The notes beneath the pieces were generated by a model. That model was not told the DNA's origin, did not search any database, and was given only the letters and a program-made list of their open reading frames with translations. Of a stretch of DNA of 64,000 nucleotides, positions 27,003 to 39,860 are shown in pieces (the stretch's first letter is position 1; every line of letters begins with the position of its first letter). A program made the translations under genes and the position numbers. This stretch comes from Eledone cirrhosa (Eukaryota), in the NCBI GenBank assembly GCA_964016885.1, contig OZ024764.1:6634001-6698000 (forward strand). The letters are read 5' to 3'.

Positions 27003-27218
27003 AGTACATTACTGGTACTTTATTTTATCGACCCCGTAAGGATGAAAGGCAAAGTTAACCTCGATGGGATTTGAACTCAGATCATAAAGGGCCGTAACTC
27101 TATGCCGCAAAGCATGGCGTCGGACGCTCTATTGTATAATAGTAATAATAATAATTGTTTCTACTTTTGGCACAAGGCCAGCAATTACCCCAGTGTATTA
27201 CTGGTACTGTGGTTAGGG

Positions 27219-30200
27219 CTGTGGCGTAACTAGGAGGGTGCAAAGGCGGCACATGCCCCCCGGGCGCCGTTTTGAGGGAGGGGCAAAACTGACAAAGATT
27301 GTTGGCTGCAAATTTTGAAAACAGTATACCCGCATTTTCGCGTGTGACGTGTGTGTGTGTACAGTACACAGTACACACGTGCACTAGGCGAGCCTAGACG
27401 TTTTTTTGACAGAGCAGAGGGCGCTTTGAGGTCAGGTGTGCAGTCTTAGCTGTACACTGTATGTACAGCATGAATGAACAGGAATAAATCAGCTCAATTA
27501 ACCTCCTACCAAATGTGGTTGCAAGTCACTTGCAAGAACAGTTTTTCACTGTGTGGTAGTGTGCTCTTACTCCGCAAGTTCCTTTTGAAATGAGTAAATT
27601 ATTTTCTTTTTTACTGTGCATGAACGAAAACTTATGTTTTTCGCTGCTCAATACATTAGCCCATCAATTGTTTGTGCTCTATAACTTAGCTTTCTAGAGA
27701 ATTTCTTCATACGTGAAGTCCAAACCCACAAAATATGACTAACTGCTGATTTATTCTCAAAATGAACTCTTTTTTCGGAAACCAAGAAAAAATATGGAAT
27801 CGCTTTGTTCCTTGAATTAACGGTCTTGATTTAAGTGAACAACTTATGAATGCATTACATAAATCATGCAGACTTTGGTATTTACTTATGCAATAAGTAA
27901 ATACCAAAGTCTTAAACAATCTTCCTACCAGAATATAACAGTTTGTTTGTCTTACTGCAACAACAGTGCCTTGTGATCACTATAGCCAATCTCTTCATTA
28001 AGATACTAGCATAGTTCTTTTGTAGTTAAAACTGTCGTTCTGAAAATGCATTCATTTGTTGTTTTGTAGGAGTTTTGTATAATCATGAAGCGGACTGTCA
28101 TCAATAAAGAAAGTGGAGCTGAAGGACGGAAAAGGCGGAAGTTGCAGAAAGAAAAGGCCGTGAAATCTAGCCAAGTTATCCTGTCTTTTTTTTACTCAAC
28201 TTAATACGTCCTCTTCCCCTCTTCCTACTCATCCAACTGCTGATGAGCGTCCAAGCTCTGAGGCTTCATCAAGTTCATCTTCCTCAGAAGGCATCGATGA
28301 GTCGCAGCATTGTGTCTTAAAACCCGAGCCCTGTAAATCAGATGAAACTGACCCCGTCATTCCTGACGTTATTCAACAGCACGACATTGGACTTCTTCAG
28401 TTTCACAAAGTAACCGGACGACCACTTGTACCTGATTCATTAATAGTGTAGTTAGTGCGACTTGGTTGGAAGTACTTCCAGAATTCCGATGGTCCATTTG
28501 CACCAAGTAGCAATCGCTAGATGACGAGAAGTTGGTTTGATCGCAAGTTGTGCAATGGCCAGGGCGAAGAAATCACGCGATCGTGGCTTCTGTACTCCCC
28601 ATACAAAAAGTCAGCATTCTGCACGATATCCTCTCTCGACTTCTACAATGCATCAATTTTCTTGCGACCCATAATTTTGCATTAAGGGGACATCGCGAAT
28701 CGCTCCAGCAAAACGGGACGACCAACGCTGGGAACTTCTTCGGTTTATTGAAGTTGCTGTCATGGTTTGATCCTGTGACAAAGGAGTTTCTAAGTAATGC
28801 GGAAACTCATCCAGGTTCCACGTCGTACCTCTCCCCCACAATCCAAAATGAATTCATTCATCTACTTGCTCTCAACGTCAAGAAGAATGTTCTTCGACGC
28901 GTAACAAATGCTCGTCATTATGCGCTGATGGTGGACTCATCTCCTGATCAAGCTCACCGAGACCAGCTGTCACGAGTGGTGAGGTATGTCGGTGTTGATT
29001 TCGACAAAAGGACCGTTCACATGCGAGAGTCCTTTCTGGGGTTCATCCTACTGGAAGAGAAAGATGCAGCCAGTATTGTACAACTTATTTTGAAAGAATT
29101 GAAAGATGATGGCCTTGCGCTGAGTGATTGCAAGGCATAATGTTACGACAACGCTGCTGTTATGGCTGGACACACCAGTGGGGTTCAACAACGCATAACG
29201 AATTTGAATGAAAAGGCGATATTTGTTACCTGTGACAACCATTCACTTAACCTCGTTGGTTTGACCGCAGCGAAGAGTAGCTTCAAAGTTATGTCATTTT
29301 TCAACGTCATCAAGTCATTGTTTGCGTTCTTTTCGCGATCAACACGGCGTTGGGAAAAGTTAAAGCAAGCAATCTCTTTCGTTCTGAAATCTCCATTGGA
29401 CACCAGGTGGAGCGCAAGAGAAGATGCTGTAAAGCATCTTGCAAACTTTCTGAATGAAATCCTCGAGCTTCTGCAAAAGTTGGTAGAGGATAATGGGGGG
29501 AGATCCGACACACGAAGTGATGCAGAACATCTTTTAAGCCAAATGCTTGTCTTCCACTTCTTCGTGTTGCTTGGATTTAGGAATAGGATTCTGGCTCGAA
29601 TCGATCTGGTTCGGAAACGCCTCCAAGATCCAACAATGAACTTCCGGGATGCCGCTGATGACATCAAAGCCCTCCAGCAGTATTTCTCGGTTAATGGAAG
29701 TACTATTGCCCAGCAATCACTTATTAAAGGCATTGAGTTAAGTCAACGCTGGGACATTGACATCAGCAAACGTCGCGGAAGGCCAAGACTGCAGCTTTCA
29801 GATAATTCTGAAGATGAATTACTGTCACCAGCCAGTGAAGTAAAGACAGTCATGCAAACTCTTCTCCTTCGAATTCAATCAGAAATGCAGCTACGATTCG
29901 CCCGTCTCAACGATATTGACGCGAGGTTTGGCTTCCTTCTCGATGTCCGCTCTCTGTGCTATCCACCTTTTCCAGACAGACCTCGCGCTTCCATCAAAGG
30001 GCTCTTCATTAGCTGATCACTACAATGCTGACATTGACGGCAAGGAGCTTTTTGAAGAAATCGTTGCCTGTCGGGCGTTGTTGTCAACCCGCGCTAATGT
30101 TTCAGTCTCAAGACCAGAACACCTCCTGAATTTTATTGTTCAATACGGAGACAACAGTGTATTTCCGAATTTGTGCATCCGTCTACAGATACTGCTAACA

Positions 30201-30264
30201 ATGGCCGTTTCCGTGGCAAAGTTCAAGCTTGACCCCGGGTGCAAAATCCCTAGTTACGCCACTG
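27219..30264 (+). mobile_element. hAT DNA transposon
   Basis: TIR ctgtggcgtaactagg / cctagttacgccactg; 8-bp TSD ggttaggg at 27211-27218 and 30265-30272. Confidence 0.95.
28085..30220 (+). pseudogene. Disrupted hAT transposase (ZMYM1/Tip100-like)
   Basis: ALRGHRE, YLSPTIQNEFI, VDSSPD, CYDNA, CDNHSLNL, TRWS and FPNL motifs, with stops, frameshifts and a truncated C-terminus. Confidence 0.9.
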
Positions 30265-30540
30265 GGTTAGGGTATTCGGCTCACAACCGTAAGTTGGTCA
30301 GTTCGATTCGCGGTAGCATGTTGTATCCTTCAACTAGACACTTTATTTCACCTTGCCCCAGTCCACTCAGCTGGCAAAAATTAGTTGTGCCTGTAATTCG
30401 AAGGATCAGCCTTGTCACATCCTGTGTCATGCTGAATCTCCCTGAGAACTACCGTATACTCAGCAACTTGCACGTTAATTTCACGAGCAGGCTGTTCCGT
30501 TGATTAGATCAACTGGACCGCTCATCGTCGTATCTGACAG
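30265..30540 (+). mobile_element. tRNA/CORE-like SINE interrupted by the hAT
   Basis: Matches 16287-16560. Confidence 0.85.
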
Positions 30541-30544
30541 AGAT

Positions 30545-30812
30545 GCTGGTACCAACATCCAGGCCGAAACAAATGAGGTCGTGTAGGTGTCACGACAAAA
30601 ATACACACAGTCCACGCTGTAATGTGGCCGTGTAGGTAACACGGTAAAAACCTCCCAGTTCCACACTGTAAACGTGGTTGGTGTTAGGAAGGGCATCCAG
30701 CTGTAGAAGACCTGCCAGACAGTCCTATGCGAGCTGGACAACAAATCTTGCCTCAAGTGGGAAAACTCCCGTCCAAACTCATGCAAGCGTGGAATATGGA
30801 CGTTAAACGATG
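30545..30812 (+). mobile_element. RTE 3' UTR-derived short element
   Basis: ggtgttaggaagggcatccagc..ggacgttaaacgatgat. Confidence 0.8.
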
Positions 30813-30921
30813 ATAATAATAATAATGAAATTATTGTGTAAAGTGCTCAGGTGCACTACAACTCGTCAATATAGTACATAGAATAATACACAAATGCCAG
30901 GGAAGTACATGTTTGTATGTG

Positions 30922-33681
30922 TTAGCTGTAGTGTTGGCGGATCTCGGGAAGCATGGAGGCCTTAAAGGATGCAGCGTCTCGACAGCTAACAACTGATGCA
31001 GGTAGTTTGTTCCATGCTTCAGCAACTCTGAGCGTGAAAAAATGTTTCCGAAAGTCATGGGAACTGTGCTGTTTTCTTACTTTGTGGGCATGTCCACGTG
31101 TGTTAGACACATGGAAATCGAAAAGGCACTCAGGGTTGTTGTTGGCAACATGGTTAACAATTTTGTGGGTGTTTACCAAGTCAGTTGCCAGGCGTCGGAG
31201 CTTCAATGAATCCATGCCCAGGGAAGCAAGGCGATCAGAGTATGGTAGATGCCTGATGGAGGGTATTCGCTTGGTTGCACGTCTCTGAACAGTTTCCAGG
31301 CGGTCAATGTCCTGAGCAAGATAGGGGTTCCAGACTGGTGATGCAAATTCTAAGTGTGGTCGCACCATAGCTGTATACAGCCTTAAATAGATATCTGGAG
31401 AGCGGCTGACAAAGGTCTTGCTGAGTGATGCTAAGACACCCTCGGCCCTCTTGACAATTTTAGAGACGTGCCTCGTCCAACGCAAATCGCTGCTGACCGT
31501 AATGCCCAGGTCACGTTCACAGGAAGACTTCTTGATATTAGTGCTGTGGAGGGAATATGTGGACGCTGGGTTTTTACTCCCAAAATGCATGGTGGTGCAC
31601 TTGTCCACAGCTAGCTTGAGTTGCCAGTCTGAGATCCATTGTTGCATTGTGTCCAGGTCAGACTGCAAGCAAGATCTATAGTGTTCAGGATCTGTCCTTT
31701 TTATCTCAAGGTACAGCTTGATGTCGTCTGCGTACTTTAGTACTGTGGCATTCCTTAAGTTGGCATCTATGTCATTAATATATGCCACAAACAAAAGGGG
31801 GCCAAGAACAGATCCCTGAGGTACACCAGATGACATCTCATATGGTGAGGAATGCTGTCCCAGAACCGTGACTACCTCTCTTCGACTGAGAATGAAGGAC
31901 TTCAACCAGTTAAAAAGATCATCCTTCACACCCATTGCAGAGAGTTTTGCCATAAGCCTTTTGTGCGGCACAGAATTGAAGGCCTTCGCAAAGTCAAGGT
32001 AAACAACATCCACCCATGAGCCGCCATCAGTGATCCGGGTGATGTCCTCAAGAAACTCTATAAGTTGATCACAGCAGCTGGAGTTGGGGATAAATCCAAA
32101 TTGCGAAGGCCGGATAAGACTGTGAGAGCTCCAGAAGTTCCAAAGTGTTTCTCTGACACAGGATTCCATCAGTTTGGCGATGCAACTAGTAAGACTGACT
32201 GGACGATAGTTCACAGGTGATGTGCGGTCACCCTTTTTGAACAGAGGAATTACACTGGCAGTTTTCCACTGTTCTGGAGTAGCACTGTTGTTCAGACAGA
32301 ATTGGAAGAAGCGTGATAACTGGCGTAGAAGGAAGTACCCACCACGTTTAAGAAGCAGGTACGTAACACCATCAAGACCAGGAGAGGCATGGTTGCGTTT
32401 ATTTTTTAGGTGACGTCGCAGCATTGCAGGTGTAAATTCCATTGTTGTAATAGAGTCCGGTGTCATAGGTGGTGGAGATGGTACACTCTGGTCTTCAATG
32501 GTGAAAATGCCTGCATAGCATTCAGCAATGAGCTCTGCGCATTCCTTGGGGTCGTCAGTAACCTGGCTTGTGTGGGGATTGCGAAGAGGACCAACTGGAG
32601 AGTGAGGCCTCTGCTTTGAGTGAACATACTTCCAGAACACCTTACTGTCAGGGCTGGTTGCTATGCGCTGCTCAAATTGAAGCACTGCCTTTTTTGTCAC
32701 CTGTTTGAGGTGGTTGGACGATCTATTTCGCCTCTTCCTATTAATGTCTGATTTGTGAAGTTTGTACTCACGTTCAGCATTGCGCCGTTCTTTTCTGGCA
32801 AGACGGACTGCTGCAGTCTCCCAAATTGCGCTTTTAGGATGTTTTTTCCGCTTACGTGGCACCGATGCTGCACATGCTGTCCATATTGAGCTCAGGATGT
32901 TCTGGAGTACAGTGTTGACATCTCCAGAGTCATAGAACTCAAGCCAGTTTGGCCGTTGCAACTCGGTGCAGTAACAGTTCCAGTCTGCTCTATTCCAGTC
33001 AAAGTGAGCAGTTTGGAGATGGTTGTGGTTCTTGTTACTGCCCATGAGGGATAGATTGGCAATGATCATAGCATGATCAGAGTCACCTAAAGGTTCCTCA
33101 GCAGTAACACTAATGACCGTTTCAGGAGTAGTGGTGAAGAGTAGGTCCAAAGTGTTGTCACCTCTCGTTGGGGAGGTGACCACCTGGGACCAACTCGAGT
33201 CCAGCACCAGCTCAAGGAAGTCATTTGCACTTGGCGGCCAACGAAAGGTCTCCCAGTCAATCTCAGGGTGATTGAAGTCACCTGCAATGAAAACATAAGT
33301 GGCTGTCTTCCTGGCAGCAGCTCTGAGGATATCACAAAGTTGAGTGTCCTGATGGTAATTTGGGGGACGGTAAACGACTCCAAGTAGCAGTGTTGACATG
33401 GTCATACGTATATCGCAGAAAAAAACTTCCTGCTGTGATTGGTTCAAATCAGCACAAGGAATTGCCGACAGATTTGACCGAACGTAGACCATTACACCAC
33501 CACCACGACGATTAATACGGTCTTTACGAAACAGGTTGTAGCCAGTCATGCTGAAAACCCCATCACAGAGTAAGGGATGTGCCCAAGTTTCCGTGACTGT
33601 AATGAAGTCCGGGTTGATACTTTTGACGTAGGAGTCAAAAAGATGAATCTTATTGCATAGACTACGTGCATTCAAGGACAA
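30922..33681 (-). CDS. LINE ORF2: AP endonuclease + reverse transcriptase (CR1 group)
   Basis: 919 aa open: NARSL, ETW, GDFN, SDH, NYRPVSLTS, YLDFAKAF, GVPQGSVLGP, YADD, FFTLRVAEAWNKLP. Confidence 0.95.
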   Translation of the reverse strand: MSLNARSLCNKIHLFDSYVKSINPDFITVTETWAHPLLCDGVFSMTGYNLFRKDRINRRGGGVMVYVRSNLSAIPCADLNQSQQEVFFCDIRMTMSTLLLGVVYRPPNYHQDTQLCDILRAAARKTATYVFIAGDFNHPEIDWETFRWPPSANDFLELVLDSSWSQVVTSPTRGDNTLDLLFTTTPETVISVTAEEPLGDSDHAMIIANLSLMGSNKNHNHLQTAHFDWNRADWNCYCTELQRPNWLEFYDSGDVNTVLQNILSSIWTACAASVPRKRKKHPKSAIWETAAVRLARKERRNAEREYKLHKSDINRKRRNRSSNHLKQVTKKAVLQFEQRIATSPDSKVFWKYVHSKQRPHSPVGPLRNPHTSQVTDDPKECAELIAECYAGIFTIEDQSVPSPPPMTPDSITTMEFTPAMLRRHLKNKRNHASPGLDGVTYLLLKRGGYFLLRQLSRFFQFCLNNSATPEQWKTASVIPLFKKGDRTSPVNYRPVSLTSCIAKLMESCVRETLWNFWSSHSLIRPSQFGFIPNSSCCDQLIEFLEDITRITDGGSWVDVVYLDFAKAFNSVPHKRLMAKLSAMGVKDDLFNWLKSFILSRREVVTVLGQHSSPYEMSSGVPQGSVLGPLLFVAYINDIDANLRNATVLKYADDIKLYLEIKRTDPEHYRSCLQSDLDTMQQWISDWQLKLAVDKCTTMHFGSKNPASTYSLHSTNIKKSSCERDLGITVSSDLRWTRHVSKIVKRAEGVLASLSKTFVSRSPDIYLRLYTAMVRPHLEFASPVWNPYLAQDIDRLETVQRRATKRIPSIRHLPYSDRLASLGMDSLKLRRLATDLVNTHKIVNHVANNNPECLFDFHVSNTRGHAHKVRKQHSSHDFRKHFFTLRVAEAWNKLPASVVSCRDAASFKASMLPEIRQHYS

Positions 33682-33740
33682 CAGTTTGTACTTTGATTCC
33701 AGTCTATGATTATGTGCAGGGGATGGCAGGTTGTTCTGAT

Positions 33741-34787
33741 TTAGTTTCCCAGAGTTTTTTCAGTTTCTTTATTGTCAGTTGTTGTGGGTACACTGTTTTC
33801 AGACCAGCTGGTGTCTCTTTTCCATGATTCGCCAGCCTTAACAAACCTCCATATCTGCCCATCATCTCGTAGGCTGAAGCTTTCATGTTCTGCCGAGCTG
33901 CGGTTTAGGGAAGCTGCAGCACGCAACTTTGGGCGGACATCAGGTGGAAGACCAGGACGTGTTCGGAAAGCAATCCGACTTTCACGCCTAGCTTTATCAG
34001 AGGCTACAAGGTATGAACGTGCCTCAGCCGAGTTTGAAAACGACAGTCTAATTAACCTGGGTTTCGGGCCTGGTCGGCCAAGGCGTAGAGCACCCTTTGC
34101 GGGAGCACAGCCCAGGTCTTTGGATGAACTGGTAGCAAATGCCTGAAGATCAACTATGTCTTCCGGCACACCGATGGCAATCACTTCGTGGTTTGCAGTT
34201 TCAGTGGCATTCTCAATGCGTCTAGGTTCAACATGAGGTACGCGGAGATTTTTTAACAAGGCACTCCGGTAAGATCCCTCATTGTGGGGTTCTACACGAA
34301 CGCTTGATTTTATTTCCGCTATTTCTTGACTTAAAGCGGAAATCATTTGCCGTATTTCCTCAAACTCCGTATTGACGGTCGGTTTTTGTTGTTGTTCTTC
34401 TCCTTCAACAGGAATGGTAGAAGACACAGTCGTCGGTTGTTGTTGTTGAAAAGTAACGGGTGAGGAAGACATGGGTTGCTGTTGTTGATGAAGTCCTTCA
34501 ACGGGGGTAGTAGCAGAAGCTACGGTCGTTGGTTTTTGCTGTTGTTCAGCGACAATGGTAGAGGAAGACACGATCCTCGGTTTTTGTTGTTGTTGTTCAG
34601 GAACAATGGTAGAAGACACGATCTTCGGTCTTTGTTGTTGTTCCGCAGTAATGGGAGAAGCAGGCATACAGCCCAGGCACTGAAAGGACCAGTTTGTTAG
34701 CTGGACCATCTCCCAGAGTCTATCCATCGTAGCAATGTTTCTTATGATGATGTCTTCCATTCCATTGATAGGGAAATTTGGGGACAA
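33741..34787 (-). CDS. LINE ORF1 (Q-rich repeats, coiled coil, RRM-like)
   Basis: 348 aa directly upstream of ORF2; VIAIGVPED and RLGRPGPKPRLIRLSF motifs; start codon uncertain. Confidence 0.85.
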   Translation of the reverse strand: MSPNFPINGMEDIIIRNIATMDRLWEMVQLTNWSFQCLGCMPASPITAEQQQRPKIVSSTIVPEQQQQKPRIVSSSTIVAEQQQKPTTVASATTPVEGLHQQQQPMSSSPVTFQQQQPTTVSSTIPVEGEEQQQKPTVNTEFEEIRQMISALSQEIAEIKSSVRVEPHNEGSYRSALLKNLRVPHVEPRRIENATETANHEVIAIGVPEDIVDLQAFATSSSKDLGCAPAKGALRLGRPGPKPRLIRLSFSNSAEARSYLVASDKARRESRIAFRTRPGLPPDVRPKLRAAASLNRSSAEHESFSLRDDGQIWRFVKAGESWKRDTSWSENSVPTTTDNKETEKTLGN

Positions 34788-35208
34788 ATTAAGGGGATAC
34801 GTCAGAAATCATAGTGGGTAAGGTGAGATTACCAGAGGGAATGTATTTCGAATTCAATTGTATCTTATCTGCCGGTAATTTTAGTATTCAGGATTTTAGT
34901 ATTCACCGGGCAGTAATGTTGAAGAGAGGGTAATGTGGAACTGTTACACCGGTAGACCAGTCGGACGTGAGGCAAGTTGACCTTGACTGGTTTAGAACTC
35001 AAGACTTAATTAAAGGGATTCTACAGAAGACACACGTAAGTAGAGTTTAATTAATAAAGGGGTCTCTATGTAGTCGTACAACCGGTTAAAAATAACAGCC
35101 ACATTTCCTTCAAATAATACCAGGTTGGCTTATGTATGTATACATAAACACACACATACACATATATATATATATATATATATACACAGACACACGCACA
35201 CATACATA

Positions 35209-38200
35209 TATCATCCTCAGCATCATCATTATTTTATATCCGCTTTTCCCTGCTTTCAAGGGTGGGACGGGTCTTATTCAGCACAGCATCTCTCCACTTG
35301 TCACGGTCCTTCGTCATCTCCACCGTGAGCTTCAGCCATCTGAGGTCTGTTCTCACCACCTCTGGCCCATGTTTTTCGTGGTCTACCTCTACAACGTCTT
35401 CCTTCAACTGGCATTTCCTGGCACTTCTTCACCCATCGGTCATCCTCCATGCGCATCACATGTCCATACCACCTCAGTCTCCTCTCCCGTACACTACATT
35501 CTATCCCTCTCAGACACAGTTTCTCTCTCAACACATCCATGCTGGGTCATACACGCACATTGACATTGCACATCCAATGGAACATGCTTGCCTCATTTCT
35601 CTCCAGCCGTCGCATATCCTCTGCAGTTGCTGCCCATGTCTCACTACCATGCAGCATCGCGCTCCTCACACAGGCATCATATAACCGGCCTGTCGTACGC
35701 AGGGAGAAACCCTTCTTCGTCAGCAGAGGAAGCAGCTCCCTAAACTTCTTCCAACCAGTCCTTATTCTAGATACTATGGCCTCGGAACACCTCCCTCCCA
35801 TGCTAATCTGAACTCCTAGGTACCAGAAGCTATCCACTACTCCTATAGCACCCGCCTGCATTTGAAAAATGTGTCTATCAGTGCGACTTCTACTGTCTAA
35901 TTTCCCTGTACATCTACTGCATACATATTTCTCCCTACCTGTTAGTTTGCCTGCTATCCCGCTATATCTCTTGTGTGCATTTTATAGAATTTATGCCAGT
36001 TCTTTTTCTGCATATCGAACATGGCCATTTCCCTGACGGAATCAGAGTTTTGTCCTCTTTTCTACTCATCAACACTTTTGTCTTAGCTAGGTTCACTCTC
36101 AGTCCTTTTGCTTCCAACTGCTGTTTCCATAGCCAGAATTTATTCTCTAGCTCCTCTACTGATTCTGCTATAAGAACCAGATCATCAGCATAGAGAAGTT
36201 CCCATGGACAGCCAGTCTTAAACTCCTCTGTTATGGTTTGGAGGACTATAATGAACAAGAGCGGGCTGAGGACCGAACCTTGATGTACTCCTACTTGTAT
36301 CTGGAATTCCTCACTAAACTCCATTCCTATTCTCACTTTATGACAGTACCTCTGTACATAGTTTGCACTGTTCTTGCAAGCCATTCCTCAACAGCTAGTT
36401 TCCTTAGGGACCACCAGATGACAGATCGGGGTACCCTATCAAAGGCCTTCTCTAGGTCAACAAAGGCTAAGTATAGTGGCTTATTCTTCTCTAAGAACCT
36501 CTCTTGTAATTGTCTCACCAAGAAGAGGGCATCTGTTGTACTTTTCCCAGGCACAAAACCAAACTGCATCGCATCTAGTTTGACCCTTTCTCTAATTAGT
36601 TGTGCTAATATCCTTTCTGCCACTTTCATAACTTGATCCATCAATTTTATACCCCTATAATTGCTCCTCTCCAGAGCATCCCCTTTACCTTTGTAGCAAT
36701 TTATGAGAATACTGCTGCACCAGTCTTTAGGTATGACACCACCATATATAGCCTGATTGATGATGCGTGCAACCAGTTTAGTGCCTACGTCCCTTGATAC
36801 CTTCAGCATCTCAGCAACTATCCCCGACGGTCCAGCAACCTTACCATTTTTCATTTCCTTAATCGCCTCTTGGACCCTATATTCGTCAATCTCAATAGCT
36901 GGTCCCTCTGTCGGATCTACCAAGGGTAATTTCTCTCTCTCCCATTCGTTCTCCACATTCATCAGTCTCTCATAATGACATTTCCAGGCCTCCTTTTTCT
37001 GATCATTCGTGACACTAAGTACACTGGCATCATCCCGGACACATTTATCTCCAACAACATCCTGATTTGCATTGACACACTGCCTTGCAATGTGGAACAC
37101 CGCACACCTCTGATCTTCCTGTCGCAGAACATTGGCAAACCTCCTACTCTCAGCCTCCCTGCGTGCTAAGTACACCTGCTGATGTCTAGCTTCTCTCTTA
37201 GTGGCTGTATATCCTTCTCTACTCCAACCCTTTTTCCAAGCCTTCCATGTTAGTCTTTTGTCTCTAATGGCCCTATCTACTGTGCTGTTCCACCACCAGG
37301 TCACTCTCTGTGTGATTGGAACTCTGCTCCAGCCACAAGTTTCATCAGTAGCCTGCAGTAAGTTGTCACGTAAGAAATTCCAGTTATTATCTATGTCATA
37401 CGACTCTAAATCGTCTTTTACATCATACACATCTTGAAAGGCTTTCCTAAATTTGTATTTTAGTGAAAGATCTTTTAGCTTCCAGACCTTTCTTCTCCAC
37501 ACACCTTCCTGTATGTCTCATTCCATCTCTTGCTTACTGAGATGTCACTAACGACTAACCTATGCTGTGGGATACATTGGTATTTACACCATCTGCTTGT
37601 CCCGCTGCCTAACTAGTAAGAAGTCAATCTGGCTTATGTGCTTGCCTGATTTGTAGGTTATTAGGTGGTTGGCAGGTGTCTGGAAGTTAGTTTTGCAGAT
37701 AGTTAGTGTACTTGCATCACAAAATTCAAGAAGTCTTACTCCTTCTTCATTTCTTGAGCCGTAACCGTGCCCACCATGTACCCCAGTGTAACCATCCTGT
37801 AGCTGTCCAACATGTCCATTGAAGTCCCCTGCTAGCATAACGATGTCTCTGTCTTCTGTCATTGAGGCTGTTTGTAAAAGTTGTCTAAGCTTAATTATTC
37901 TATTACTAACTCTAACTACCTCTATTGTCTTATTGATCCATCTCTCAGCCAGGAAAATGCCTACTCCCCCTAACCCATCATCCTTACCTACCCAGAAAAG
38001 CTTATAGCTAAGATGTTTGCCTGCGACTAGTCTCGCAGAGGCACCTCTCCATCTCACCTCTTGCACTCAGCACACATCCACCTGCCTTCTCTCCAGCATC
38101 TCCACTATTTCACCAGATCTACCTGTCAGAGTGCCAACATTAAGTGTTGCAACTCTGAGATGCGACGTCTTCATATTTTTGTTGTTCCTATATACTTGTT

Positions 38201-38400
38201 GCTGTGCTCATAATTGTTTTGGCATCGATACACTGGTTGGAAGCCCTTCCTAACACCAGTGGCACTTTACAGCATGGACTGGGTGTTTTTCTTCGTGCGA
38301 CCAGCACTAGAGAGGATGTCTTACTGGACTCATGGGCCCTCTCTACCCCTCCATCTTCCAGCATGATCATAACAAAAAAAAAACCACCACTTATTGACAC
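35209..38400 (-). mobile_element. Near full-length decayed RTE LINE
   Basis: Frameshifted APE (GDFNGHVG), RT (DLEKAFD, HQGSVLSP, YADD) and C-terminal pieces; (GAT)n tail. Confidence 0.93.
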
Positions 38401-38919
38401 TCACGGCACACACACACACTCACACACCAAGACTCAAGCATAAAAACACACACACACACATACATATATTACCGTCAGTACTGATACAAGATCATGTCAA
38501 CTGTTGACTTTTACAGTTCAGTATTTTTCTAATAATAATAATTGTTTGCTTTACAGCATAGAGCAACGGCCCTCCACTGTCCAGGCCCCAAAACAAGGCA
38601 CCAGCAATGCGCTGTGACAATCGCTGCCCCGTGCCAAGAACAGAATAGCTATTTATTATTATAGTTGTTTTCTTCTTCTTAAGGCCTGATCGCTAGTGGT
38701 GGTGGATGGTGTCAGTGATGGTGGTGGATAATGTCAGTGATGGTGGTGGATGGTGTCAGTGATGGTGATGGCAGTTGTCGTTGTTGTGGTTGCTGCTGCC
38801 GTTGATGTTGTTCATTTCACTGCTGCTGCAGACAATGGTGTTTTTGCTGTTGTTGTAGTTGCTGGGTTGAAATTTTGAAATTTGGTCGCTTCGCGTGTGT
38901 GATATATATATATACATAC

Positions 38920-38954
<35 letters not shown>

Positions 38955-39034
38955 CATACATACACACACGTTCAACATAGACAATGGTGTTGTTGTTGTA
39001 GTTGTTGTTGCATCGACTGAGATATATATATATA

Positions 39035-39860
39035 TATGACATGGGCATTGCGTGCAGAGGACCTGCGCAGACTGGAGAGGAACGAAGCATGCATGCTCCA
39101 TTGGATGTGTAATAGTAATATACGTGAATGGCAAAGCATAAATGAACTAAGGGAGAAATTAGGAATAAGAGGGATCAGATGCTGTTTACTCGAGAGAAGA
39201 CTGCGTTGGTATGGTCACGTGATGCGCATGAAAGATGACAGCTGCATAAAAAGTGCAGGGCAATAAAAATTGATGGAAGTTACAAATTAGGTAGACTCAG
39301 AAAAACCTGGGACGATCTGATAAATTCCGACCTTACACTCTTGCACCTGTCTAAGACAATGTCACTGGACTGAGATCTTTGGCGCTACGCAGTATTACAG
39401 AAGACCCGCCTTGCCTATGTACATAGCGAAACCTACAGTCAGTAGGCACCTCTTAACCAAATATACACCCCAATCCACTACCCTATCCTCCCACTCCCAC
39501 CAACCTCTCTCTGTAAAGTCGGTACCACAACATCCAGTCCAAATAAATGAGATCGAGATTGTGTAGGTGTCACGAGAAAAAAAACACAGAGTCCTCGCTG
39601 TAATGTGGCTGTGTAGGTAACACGCCAAAAACCTCCCAGTCCACACTTTAAAGTGGTCATGTAGGTAACACGGTAAAAAATACACAGTCGACGCTGTAAA
39701 TGTGGCTGGTGTTAGGAAGTGCATCCAGCCGTAGAAAACCTGCCAGATAGTCCTATATGAGCGAGACATGGTCACCCGACCAGCCTAGCCTCAAGTGGGA
39801 CAACTCCCGTCTAACCCATACTAGCGTGGAAAATGGATGTTAAACGAAGATGATGATGAT
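39035..39860 (+). mobile_element. 5'-truncated RTE LINE
   Basis: TWALRAEDLRRLERNE..RLRWYGHV, 3' UTR and GAT tail. Confidence 0.88.

Larger units (their letters stand above)
30812..35055 (-). mobile_element. Apparently full-length CR1-group LINE
   Basis: 5' UTR, ORF1, ORF2, short 3' UTR and (ATT)n tail. Confidence 0.92.
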
